A DNA stretch of 64,000 bases, taken from NCBI GenBank assembly GCA_902788315.1, contig CADAJS010000001.1:171962-235961 (forward strand), written 5' to 3'. Under the pieces are notes generated by a model. That model did not search any database. It was not told the DNA's origin and worked only from the letters and a program-made list of their open reading frames with translations. How positions within the stretch are numbered: position 1 is the stretch's first letter; each line of letters starts with the position of its first letter. The position numbers were made by a program, and so were the translations under genes. This DNA comes from an uncultured Bacteroidales bacterium. Its GTDB lineage: Bacteria > Bacteroidota > Bacteroidia > Bacteroidales > Bacteroidaceae. This document shows positions 9,454 through 18,035 of the stretch, piece after piece.

Positions 9454-9485
9454 AAAAAAACCGATGCAGAAAAGCATCGGTTTTT
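9454..9485 (-). terminator. rho-independent terminator downstream of the EF-G paralog
   Basis: The stem pairs CCGATGC with GCATCGG (9461-9480). An A-run and a T-run flank it, so it has a U-tract on either strand. Confidence 0.6.
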
Positions 9486-9625
9486 AACATATTTAATAAT
9501 ACAGACTGCGAATAGTTGCTTTTTACACAACTACGCACCATGTAACATCCCACATTTCCTAATACCAAGCAGAGCGGTGCCACTCAATCAGTGATTCGTC
9601 ACTCTACATTGAGATTAAGAGGAAA

Positions 9626-11782
9626 TTACTGCTCCGTCTGAGTGGCTTGATACTCGGCAATGAGCTTCGCCTGTACGTCGCCCGGCACGAGTTCATAGGA
9701 GGAGAATGTCATGTTGAAGGTAGCGCGGGCTCCGGTAAGGCTGCTCAGCGATGTGCTGTAGCTGGCCATTTCCTTCAGGGGAACCTTTGCCATCAGCTTC
9801 TCATATCCACTCTCGCTGGACATACCCTGAATCATGGCACGGCGTCCCTGCAGATCGCTCATCACGTCGCCCATCTTATCGCTCGGAGTGAGTACCTCCA
9901 CATCATAGATAGGCTCCAGGATCTTCGGGCCGGCCTCCTTGAAGGCCTGAGCAAATGCCTGACGGCCTGCAAGCATAAACGAAAGTTCGTTGCTGTCCAC
10001 GGGGTGCATCTTACCATCATATACGATAACGCGCACGTCGCGAGCATAGCAGCCAGTCAGAGGTCCCTGCTCCATTCGCTGCATTACACCCTTCAGGATG
10101 GCGGGCATGAAGCGAGCATCAATGGCACCACCCACCACGCTGTTGATGAACACGAGCTTGCCGCCCCACTCCAGGTCGATGACGTCCGTGCTCTTGGCGT
10201 TGATACGGTACTCCTGGCCACCGAAGCGATACACGTCGGGATCAGGCATGCCCTCATAGTAAGGCTCCACAATGAGGTGTACCTCACCAAACTGACCAGC
10301 ACCACCCGACTGCTTCTTGTGTCGGTAATCGGCACGGGCAGCTTTGGTGATCGTCTCACGATACGGCACCTTCGGTTCGTCGAAGGCAATCTGAATCTTC
10401 TCGTTATTCTCCATACGCCACTTCAGAGTGCGCAGGTGGAACTCGCCCTGTCCGTGAACAAGGATTTGTTTTAGTTCCTTGCTCTGCTCAATCTGCCACG
10501 TGGGATCCTCTTCGCGCATCTTCTGCAAAGCATTCATCATCTTCTCCGTCTCCGACTCGTTGACGGCGCGGATGGCGCGGCTGTACTTCGTATTAGGATA
10601 CTTGATGAAGTTGAATCGATAATCGCAGTCCTTGCCATTCAGTGTATTGCCAGTCTTGACATCCTTCAGCTTCACGGAGCAACCGATGTCGCCAGCCACG
10701 AGTTCTTCTACGTCGAAGCGGTTGCCTCCGGCGCACACGAAGAGCTGTGCCAGACGTTCCTTGCTGCCACGGTCTGCATTTGTCAGGTCGTCTCCCACAT
10801 GTACACGTCCGCTCATTACCTTGAAGTACTGCACCTGGCCGATATGCGGCTCCATGCTGGTCTTGAAGAAGAAGAGGCTCGTGGGACCTGCGGCGTCGGG
10901 AGCGATTTCCTGTCCCGCCGTGTTCTGAACGGCAGGCATGTCGTTCACGAAAGGAACCACATTGCCCAGGAACTCCATCAAGCGGCGCACGCCCATATCC
11001 TTGACTGCACATACACAGAAGACGGGGAACATGCCGCGAGCAGCCAAACCCTTGCGAATGCCTTCGCGCATTTCGTCCTCGGTCAGAGTCTCGCTCTCGA
11101 AGAACTTCTCCATCAGCGACTCATCGTTCTCGGCAGCAGCCTCTACGAGTGCATGGTGCATCTCGGTAGCCTTGTCTATCTCGTCGGCAGGGATGTCCTC
11201 AATGGTGGGTGCACCTCCCTCGGCTCCCCACGTGTACTTCTTCATCAGCAGGACATCGATAACGGAGTTAAAGTCGGGACCCGTCTTTACAGGATACTGC
11301 ACGGGAATGACCTTCGAGCCGTAGCTCTCGCGCAGCTGCTCAAGTAGTGCGTCATAGTCACAGTTCTCGTCGTCCAGTTGGTTCACCAGGAAGATGACGG
11401 GCTTGTTCAGTTTCTCTGCATAGCGGAAATGATTTTGAGTGCCCACTTCGATGCCTGCTGCGCCCTTCAGCAAGAGCACGGCCGTGTCGGTAATGCTCAG
11501 GGCCGAGATAGCTGCACCGGCAAAGTCGTCACTGCCTGGGCAGTCGATGATGTTGAGTTTCTTTCCGTTCCACTCGACATGGAATACCGTCGAGAACACA
11601 CTGTAGCCATACTCGTGCTCGACGGGGAAACTGTCACTCACGGTGGTGTGCTGGGACACGCGTCCACGGCGTTTGATAATGCCTGCTTCATAGAGCAGCG
11701 CTTCAGTCAGTGTGGTCTTGCCAGCACCGTCATTACCCAGCAGGGTAATGTTTTTGATTTCGTTTGTTTGATAGACTTTCAT
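9626..11782 (-). CDS. elongation factor G paralog with degenerate GTPase motifs
   Basis: The protein has full five-domain EF-G length (718 aa). G1 is GNDGAGKTT. G3 is DCPGS instead of DTPGH, and G4 is NQLD instead of NKxD. Confidence 0.85.
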   Translation of the reverse strand: MKVYQTNEIKNITLLGNDGAGKTTLTEALLYEAGIIKRRGRVSQHTTVSDSFPVEHEYGYSVFSTVFHVEWNGKKLNIIDCPGSDDFAGAAISALSITDTAVLLLKGAAGIEVGTQNHFRYAEKLNKPVIFLVNQLDDENCDYDALLEQLRESYGSKVIPVQYPVKTGPDFNSVIDVLLMKKYTWGAEGGAPTIEDIPADEIDKATEMHHALVEAAAENDESLMEKFFESETLTEDEMREGIRKGLAARGMFPVFCVCAVKDMGVRRLMEFLGNVVPFVNDMPAVQNTAGQEIAPDAAGPTSLFFFKTSMEPHIGQVQYFKVMSGRVHVGDDLTNADRGSKERLAQLFVCAGGNRFDVEELVAGDIGCSVKLKDVKTGNTLNGKDCDYRFNFIKYPNTKYSRAIRAVNESETEKMMNALQKMREEDPTWQIEQSKELKQILVHGQGEFHLRTLKWRMENNEKIQIAFDEPKVPYRETITKAARADYRHKKQSGGAGQFGEVHLIVEPYYEGMPDPDVYRFGGQEYRINAKSTDVIDLEWGGKLVFINSVVGGAIDARFMPAILKGVMQRMEQGPLTGCYARDVRVIVYDGKMHPVDSNELSFMLAGRQAFAQAFKEAGPKILEPIYDVEVLTPSDKMGDVMSDLQGRRAMIQGMSSESGYEKLMAKVPLKEMASYSTSLSSLTGARATFNMTFSSYELVPGDVQAKLIAEYQATQTEQ

Positions 11783-11939
11783 CTCTTTTATTATAATAAA
11801 TTATGCGATTTTGGCTTTTTCGGGCATAAATTTATCATTTTTCTGCGACATACCAAAACGTTCCCTGTATTTTTTGTGGAATTAAGGCACTACAGGGACA
11901 TCAGTGGCCCGTTTGAGGGGAAAAGTGAGGGGGAAGAGG

Positions 11940-13049
11940 TCAGTTCATCAAGTCGCAGATGATGTCATTAGAGACAAAAAGGCCTTCCGACGTAAGCATC
12001 AGTCGGTTTCCATCAAGGCGTAGTCGTCCGGCAGCGATATGAGGACGTGCCATTTGCATGCAATAGTCACGCCGCGAAGCGTCGAGCAAAGCCAGGTCGG
12101 CACCCTGCTGAGTACGCAGGCGCGTCATGATAAACTCGTCATAAAGTTCATCATCCGTGAGCACTTCGCTTTCGTACGGTGCACAATCGGCATCGACGTA
12201 ACGTGCAAGGTCGGGCGTATTCCATCGCCGCCAACGCTGTCCGTCATAGGAATGAGCGCCCGGACCGAGACCCAGGTAAGGCACTCCCTGCCAGTAGCCC
12301 CCATTGTGTCGCGACGCACATCCGGGAAGTGCGAAGTTAGATATCTCGTAGTGCTGCATGCCAGCCTCGGCCGAAAGACGGCACAGCAGACGATACATGG
12401 CCAGGGACAGCTCCTCATCGGCCTCGGTTACCTTATTATTATCGCGCATGCGCGCGAGGGGAGTTCCGTCTTCGTAGGTCAAAGCGTAGGCGCTCAGATG
12501 GGTTACCTGCAGTGCGAGCGCTCGCCTCACGTCGCTCTCCCACATCGCGAGTGTCTGTCCCGGCAGGCCATAGATAAGGTCGATGCTGATGTTCTCCAAT
12601 CCAGCCTCGCGACATGCCTCGACGGCACGCACCGCCTGCTGGCTGTCGTGCCGGCGGTGGAGCATGGCGAGCAATGCGTCGTCAAACGTCTGTACGCCCA
12701 TACTGATTCGGTTCACCGGAGTGCCAGTCAGGGCATCAAGCCATGCAGGCGTAACATCATCGGGGTTTGCCTCTACCGTCACCTCGGCATCCTCGGCCAA
12801 CGGATAACGCATGACCACGGCTTGCAGAATCTTTTGCAGGAGGGCGGGAGGCAGGCAACTGGGTGTGCCGCCCCCCACGTATAGCGTGTCCACGACGGGA
12901 AACGTCCACGTGGCACGACGCTGTTCCATCTCGCGGATAAGCGCTGTGGCATAGCGGTGCATCCACGGTGTGTGACAAGTGGTGGAATAGAAGTCGCAAT
13001 AGATACAGCGCGACTTACAGAAAGGCACGTGTATATAGAGGCCGGCCAC
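11940..13049 (-). CDS. hemW: radical SAM HemN-like protein, short HemW type
   Basis: LYIHVPFCKSRCIYCDFYS carries the CxxxCxxC cluster. The length is 369 aa and a HemN C-terminal domain is present. Confidence 0.8.
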   Translation of the reverse strand: MAGLYIHVPFCKSRCIYCDFYSTTCHTPWMHRYATALIREMEQRRATWTFPVVDTLYVGGGTPSCLPPALLQKILQAVVMRYPLAEDAEVTVEANPDDVTPAWLDALTGTPVNRISMGVQTFDDALLAMLHRRHDSQQAVRAVEACREAGLENISIDLIYGLPGQTLAMWESDVRRALALQVTHLSAYALTYEDGTPLARMRDNNKVTEADEELSLAMYRLLCRLSAEAGMQHYEISNFALPGCASRHNGGYWQGVPYLGLGPGAHSYDGQRWRRWNTPDLARYVDADCAPYESEVLTDDELYDEFIMTRLRTQQGADLALLDASRRDYCMQMARPHIAAGRLRLDGNRLMLTSEGLFVSNDIICDLMN

Positions 13050-13751
13050 TTACTCGCGCATTTCCTGATACAGGATTTCGTAGAAGCAGGGATACACGTT
13101 GGTAGTGGCGCTGGTATGCCCCTCGGAATGAGGCACGATGAGTCGCACCTTGGCGATGCCCTCGTCGCTGGTCAACTGCCGGCCCAGGTTGATATACGTG
13201 AGCGGCGTAAGCCATCCACTGGGCACGCTGGTGTTACCATACACCTGATACATTGCTCCGCCGGGATTTACCGTGGTATTGAACGAGGCGGTAAACGTGC
13301 CGGAGGTGTTCGTCACGTCGATAACATCGGGATAGGCATGCCAGTAGGTAACATCGCTGCGCAACTGTATGCTGTCTCCCAGGATATTATATTCAAGGAA
13401 ACGGCACAGAATCTGCTTCGAGTCTCCGCTCTTCATCGGTCGGCCCTCGCCCTTACGCACAATCTGCATATAGACGCCTGTGCTCTTGAACAGCACGTAT
13501 TCGTTGTTCTCCAGGTTGGTCGTGGAGTCCTGGTCCCGAAACTGCTTCTCGCTGATGGGATGGATTCGTCCCACACGGCACACGGTGTCGCCCTCCTGGC
13601 TCACGATGGCTACGTCACGCTGCAAGAACGAGTTGATGGCCTTGCGTTCCTTGTCTTTCTTTTCGGCATAGGTCTCGTCGTCGTTGCATGCACCCAAAAA
13701 GACGCTGCACATCACGAGGGCGAGGATGCCATATAGAGTGGTCTGCTTCAT
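13050..13751 (-). CDS. lipoprotein of unknown function (Bacteroidetes-specific; DUF4827-like from memory)
   Basis: MKQTTLYGILALVMCSVFLGAC has a lipobox. The start is trimmed to 13751. The stop abuts the hemW start. Confidence 0.55.
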   Translation of the reverse strand: MKQTTLYGILALVMCSVFLGACNDDETYAEKKDKERKAINSFLQRDVAIVSQEGDTVCRVGRIHPISEKQFRDQDSTTNLENNEYVLFKSTGVYMQIVRKGEGRPMKSGDSKQILCRFLEYNILGDSIQLRSDVTYWHAYPDVIDVTNTSGTFTASFNTTVNPGGAMYQVYGNTSVPSGWLTPLTYINLGRQLTSDEGIAKVRLIVPHSEGHTSATTNVYPCFYEILYQEMRE

Positions 13752-13781
13752 TTTCTGCCTGTTTTTTATCCGTTGTGACTG

Positions 13782-13789
13782 CAAAGGTA
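13782..13789 (-). promoter_or_regulatory. Bacteroidetes -7 box (TAccTTTG) proximal to the lipoprotein/hemW operon
   Basis: The + strand CAAAGGTA lies 31 nt upstream of the ATG at 13751. The same box recurs at 13869-13876. Confidence 0.55.
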
Positions 13790-13985
13790 CGAATAAGCGA
13801 GCGAAGTGCAAAATGAAAGCCGAAGTTTTTCATTTTGAATTTCCGAGCACAAGTACTTTCGACGTAGTCAAAGGTACGAATAAGCGAGCGAAGTGCAAAA
13901 TGAAAGCCGAAGTTTTTCATTTTGAATTTCCGAGCACAAGTACTTTCGACGCAGTCAAAGGTGTGAATAAGCGCCGCAAGCGTCG
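13782..13985. repeat. 87-bp tandem repeat: two near-identical copies plus a degenerate third
   Basis: Copies at 13782-13868 and 13869-13955 differ at one base. A third copy starts at 13956 and decays after about 30 nt. Each unit holds a reverse-strand TAccTTTG box and a 10-bp-stem hairpin (CAAAATGAAA/TTTCATTTTG). Confidence 0.9.
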
Positions 13986-14048
13986 AGCACGACGAAATCG
14001 AAGGTACAATATTCCTTCAAGATTCACGACTCATCATGCAGGATTTCA

Positions 14049-15128
14049 TTATGCCAGCCACTTGGCATAGGCCTCGATGGCGCGGTCCACCACCTGGAGT
14101 GCATCCTCCATGGTACCATGCACACGTCCGCCGCTGGCATTCAGATGTCCGCCGCCCTCAAAGAACTCAGCCGCCATTTTATTGCACGGGAAGTTGTCCA
14201 CCGAACGGAGGCTCACCTTGATAAGTCCCGGTTGCTCCGTATCCTCAGTCAGGAAGATGCTCAGCCTCATCTTATGTATCACCAAGGGCATGTTCACCAT
14301 ACCCTCCGTGTCGCCGTTCTTTACCTTGAAGCGTTGGCGCTCGACGTTGGTCAGCGTCATGATACTTGTGTGACGCTCGCGGATGACACGCAGCTTCACA
14401 TAGAGCAGGTATCCCTGCAGACGCAGGCGGGCCAGTGAGGCGGTATAGAACACCTTGCGATAGATGCGGTCCTTGTCGATGCCGCGCGAGAGCAACATGC
14501 TGATGCATTCGTAGATGACGGCACGCCCCGAGGCATACGTGAACGCCCCCGTATCACACATCATGCCGGCATAGAGGCAGGTGGCCTCCTCCGGTGTCAG
14601 GCGTTCAGCCTCGCCCATTTGCCACAGCAGGTGGCACAGCACCTCGCAGGTGGCACACATCTCGGGATGCGATATCACCATCTGACAGAAGTCGCCGGGG
14701 TTCAGGTGATGGTCAATCATGATGCGCGACACGTCGTTTGCCATGAAGTCGGTTTCCATCTCGCGCAGCCGCCCCGGCTCGTTCATGTCGGCCACCAGAA
14801 AGAGGTCGGCCGCCTCGAGCACGGGGCGCACTTCCTCTTCATGCTTGAAATAGACACGGATGTCCTGAGCACCCGGCATCCATTGCAGGAAGTCCGGGAA
14901 CATATTGGGCACCACCACCTGCGCCTCCTTTCCGCGTCGTGCCAGCCAGTGTTTCAGGGCCAGCGACGAACCGATGGCATCACCGTCGGGGTTCACATGG
15001 GCACAGATGACTATCCTCTTCGCCTCGTCTATCATCCCGAGGAATCTCTCTATCTGGGTATCGTCGAGCAGTCTTTCCACGTTCTTTTCTCTGTTTGGAG
15101 TGGCAAAGTTCGACAAAAGAAGCGACAT
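14049..15128 (-). CDS. DHH-family phosphoesterase (NrnA-like oligoribonuclease/pAp phosphatase)
   Basis: ICAHVNPDGDAIGSS, MIDHHLNP and the DHHA1 motif GGGHLNASGG are present. The start is trimmed to MSLLLSNF at 15128. Confidence 0.8.
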   Translation of the reverse strand: MSLLLSNFATPNREKNVERLLDDTQIERFLGMIDEAKRIVICAHVNPDGDAIGSSLALKHWLARRGKEAQVVVPNMFPDFLQWMPGAQDIRVYFKHEEEVRPVLEAADLFLVADMNEPGRLREMETDFMANDVSRIMIDHHLNPGDFCQMVISHPEMCATCEVLCHLLWQMGEAERLTPEEATCLYAGMMCDTGAFTYASGRAVIYECISMLLSRGIDKDRIYRKVFYTASLARLRLQGYLLYVKLRVIRERHTSIMTLTNVERQRFKVKNGDTEGMVNMPLVIHKMRLSIFLTEDTEQPGLIKVSLRSVDNFPCNKMAAEFFEGGGHLNASGGRVHGTMEDALQVVDRAIEAYAKWLA

Positions 15129-15322
15129 AGCCAAATTTTCAGCCCGCCATTTGACATTCTGCCACAAGAAGCGAAAGCAAACACAGCATAAACGTCCGCG
15201 AAACGTCCCACAGGAAGCCATCGAGGGAGAGAGAGCAAAATATACCTTAATATAGCGCGCCCGTGCGGGATAGCAGACACAAAGAACGCCACCAATGGCT
15301 GCAGGCCACAAAAATTTGAACC

Positions 15323-15351
15323 ATGAATTATGAATTATGAATTAAAGATTG
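15323..15351. repeat. 7-bp tandem array (GAATTAT type) directly upstream of the fmt -7 box
   Basis: The sequence ATGAATT ATGAATT ATGAATT AAAGATTG runs in phase into the TACCTTTG box. Confidence 0.85.
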
Positions 15352-15359
15352 TACCTTTG
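15352..15359 (+). promoter_or_regulatory. Bacteroidetes -7 box (TAccTTTG) for fmt
   Basis: TACCTTTG lies 25 nt upstream of the fmt ATG at 15384. Confidence 0.6.
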
Positions 15360-15383
15360 CAGCACGAAACATGACAGAAGAAG

Positions 15384-16352
15384 ATGGAGAAGGACATTCG
15401 TATCGTATATATGGGGACGCCGGACTTTGCCGTGGCCCCGCTGGAGAGACTGGTGAACGAGGGATATAACGTGGTGGGCGTGGTGACCATGCCCGACAAG
15501 GCAGTGGGCCGCCACCATGACGTGTTGCAGGCCAGCCCCGTCAAGCAGTGGGCCACAGAGCACTCGCTCCCCGTGCTACAGCCGGAGAAACTTCGCGACG
15601 AAGCATTCCTTGCCCAGTTGGCCAGCCTGCAGGCCGACCTCCAGGTGGTCGTGGCCTTCCGCATGCTGCCCGAGGTGGTGTGGGCCATGCCGCGGTTAGG
15701 GACGTTCAACCTGCACGCGGCACTCCTGCCCCAGTATCGCGGAGCGGCTCCCATCAACTGGGCCATCATCAACGGCGAGCGCGAGACAGGCGTCACCACC
15801 TTTTTCCTCGACCACGACATCGACACGGGCCGCATCCTGCTGCAGGAACGATGCCCCATCTATGAGACGGACACGGCCGAGGACGTACACGACCGGCTGA
15901 TGACGCTGGGCACCGACGTTGTCCTGCGCACTATCGACCTCATTGCCAGCGGCGAGGAGCGGGCCGTGCCGCAGGAACAGTTCATCACCGACGCCCCACT
16001 GCACCATGCACCGAAGATTTTCCGTGAGACGTGCGAGATACGCTGGGCGGAACTGGGTGCCAAGCAGGCCTACGACTTCATCCGCGGCCTCTCGCCCTAC
16101 CCCGCCGCATGGACCACGCTCGTCTCGCCCGACGGTCGCGAACTGACGATGAAGGTCTATCGCACGGAATACCACCTCGAAGCACAGTCCCATCCCGCAG
16201 GCACCCTGCTCACCGACGGCAAGAGCCACCTCACCATCGTCCTCGCCGACGGTCAGTTGGAACTCCGGGAAGTGCAGGTGGCCGGCAAGAAACGCATGGC
16301 CGTCGAAGACTTCCTGAGGGGCACCCGACTGGACGGATGGCGGGTGAAATGA
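15384..16352 (+). CDS. fmt: methionyl-tRNA formyltransferase
   Basis: IVYMGTPDFAV and NLHAALLPQYRGAAPINWAIINGE are the formyltransferase signatures. The C-terminal Fmt domain is present. Confidence 0.95.
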   Translation: MEKDIRIVYMGTPDFAVAPLERLVNEGYNVVGVVTMPDKAVGRHHDVLQASPVKQWATEHSLPVLQPEKLRDEAFLAQLASLQADLQVVVAFRMLPEVVWAMPRLGTFNLHAALLPQYRGAAPINWAIINGERETGVTTFFLDHDIDTGRILLQERCPIYETDTAEDVHDRLMTLGTDVVLRTIDLIASGEERAVPQEQFITDAPLHHAPKIFRETCEIRWAELGAKQAYDFIRGLSPYPAAWTTLVSPDGRELTMKVYRTEYHLEAQSHPAGTLLTDGKSHLTIVLADGQLELREVQVAGKKRMAVEDFLRGTRLDGWRVK

Positions 16353-16483
16353 AAATTTTCTGCCGAAATATTTGGCGGTTCGGGAAAAAAGTGCTTTCTT
16401 TGCACTCGATAAAACGAGTATTCACACATTAAAACTGTCTTTGCCTATCGAGAGAACATTACGCGAAACCAATAATTAGGGTA

Positions 16484-17074
16484 ATGAACAAATGGGATAC
16501 AATGACCGACTATGAGTTGGTCGAGTTGTATGAGAAAGGCAACGACAGTGCATTCGACACGATACTGAGCAGACACCAAGCGTATGTATATTCCTACATA
16601 CTCTTCTTCGTGCACCAGCGCGACATCGCCGACGACATCTTCCAAGAGACGTTCACGCGGGCGATAATCGCCATCCGCAGCCACCGATACCAGACGACGG
16701 GTAAGTTCAGCGCATGGCTCATCCGCATAGCCCATAATCTGGTCATCGACTACCTGCGTGAGAGCAAGGGCAGCAGCATCGTGCCCACCGAGAACTTCCC
16801 GGAGGCACTGACGAACAGCGTGCACCACAGCGAGAAGGCCCACGAGACACATCTGGTGGAGGAGCAGGACATGCAGACCCTGCGCCACCTGCTGGACTTC
16901 CTTCCTGCACCGCAGGCCGAGGTGGTGCTGATGCGCTTCTACGAGGACATGTCGTTCAAGGAGATTGCCGAGGCCACAGGCGTGAGCATCAATACGTCGC
17001 TGGGCCGCATGCGCTACGCCCTCATCAACCTTCGCAAGCTCATCCAGCAGCACAACATCAGCCTGGCCGTCTGA
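16484..17074 (+). CDS. ECF-type RNA polymerase sigma-70 factor
   Basis: Region 2 reads DIFQETFTRAI...WLIRIAHNLVIDYLR. Region 4 HTH reads MSFKEIAEATGVSINTSLGRMRYAL. Confidence 0.9.
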   Translation: MNKWDTMTDYELVELYEKGNDSAFDTILSRHQAYVYSYILFFVHQRDIADDIFQETFTRAIIAIRSHRYQTTGKFSAWLIRIAHNLVIDYLRESKGSSIVPTENFPEALTNSVHHSEKAHETHLVEEQDMQTLRHLLDFLPAPQAEVVLMRFYEDMSFKEIAEATGVSINTSLGRMRYALINLRKLIQQHNISLAV

Positions 17075-17100
17075 CCATCCGGCCACTGCCCCCACTTCAC

Positions 17101-17133
17101 GCGGCTGTCCCCCTCATGTCAGGGGACAGCCGC
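17101..17133 (+). terminator. hairpin terminator after the sigma factor gene
   Basis: The stem pairs GCGGCTGTCCCC with GGGGACAGCCGC. It starts 27 nt after the stop codon. Confidence 0.55.
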
Positions 17134-17393
17134 GTACGTCATTCCAGAGGCATCACAGAGCCTTTTTTTCACAATGCCCTAATTTTTCAGCCCGTTCCAT
17201 ACAATAAAAGGCACCACCGGCGCGTTTATACAATGAGCAATCGAATAAAACCCCGACGAAAAGCGCCTATGGAACAATCATTACCTCTCCCCTATTTTCA
17301 GCCCAGTCCTGCTGTATTGGCTCGCGTACGCCAATTTGCACGTAACTTCAGGCCGGCATGTACCCTGGCGCGGCCTCATACCATCCAGCCCTC

Positions 17394-18035
17394 ATGATTG
17401 CGCCCTCCCTGCTCTCAGCCAATTTTGCCAATCTCGAGAAAGACTTTGAGTGGCTCAACCGCAGCACAGCCGACTGGATTCATCTCGACGTGATGGACGG
17501 TGTCTTCGTGCCCAACATCTCGTTTGGGTTCCCGGTGCTCAAGCACGTGGCACGCCTCACCGACAAGCCGCTCGACGTACATCTGATGATCGTGCAGCCC
17601 GAGAAATTCATCGGCGAAGTGGCCCAATTGGGTGCCCGCGTAATGACGGTACACCACGAGGCCTGCATCCATCTGCACCGCACTGTACACGAGATACAGC
17701 GCCACGGCATGATGGCCGGTGTGGCGCTGAATCCCTCGACGCCCGTCATGATGCTGCAAGATATCATTGCCGACCTCGACCTGGTGCTCCTCATGAGCGT
17801 GAATCCGGGATTCGGCGGCCAGCAGTTCATCCCCCAATGCCTGCAGAAGGTCGCCCAGCTGCGCACCCTTATTGCCGAGACAGGCAGCCATGCGCTCATT
17901 GAGGTGGACGGCGGCGTAAACATGGAAACGGGACGCCAGCTGCGCCAGGCCGGTGCCGACGTGCTGGTGGCCGGTAGCGCCATCTTCGCTGCCGACGACC
18001 CCGAAGCAATGTGCCGCCGACTGAGCGCGATATGA
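17394..18035 (+). CDS. rpe: ribulose-phosphate 3-epimerase
   Basis: IAPSLLSANF, HLDVMDGVFVPN and LMSVNPGFGGQ are present. The start is trimmed to the ATG at 17394. Confidence 0.9.
   Translation: MIAPSLLSANFANLEKDFEWLNRSTADWIHLDVMDGVFVPNISFGFPVLKHVARLTDKPLDVHLMIVQPEKFIGEVAQLGARVMTVHHEACIHLHRTVHEIQRHGMMAGVALNPSTPVMMLQDIIADLDLVLLMSVNPGFGGQQFIPQCLQKVAQLRTLIAETGSHALIEVDGGVNMETGRQLRQAGADVLVAGSAIFAADDPEAMCRRLSAI

Noticed and set aside
13782-13985. The tandem arrays (87-bp here, 22-bp at 19262-19349 and 52151-52238) might be CRISPR arrays.
   Set aside because: The units abut one another with no unique spacers. The unit sizes and copy numbers do not fit. No cas genes are in the window.
17116-17397. 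A 93-aa ORF after the ECF sigma factor might be an anti-sigma factor.
   Set aside because: It starts inside the terminator hairpin. It has no TM segment or zinc-binding anti-sigma motif. Its composition is basic and Pro-rich, like non-coding DNA. It runs into the rpe start. The sigma factor therefore appears to be an orphan, a minor observation.
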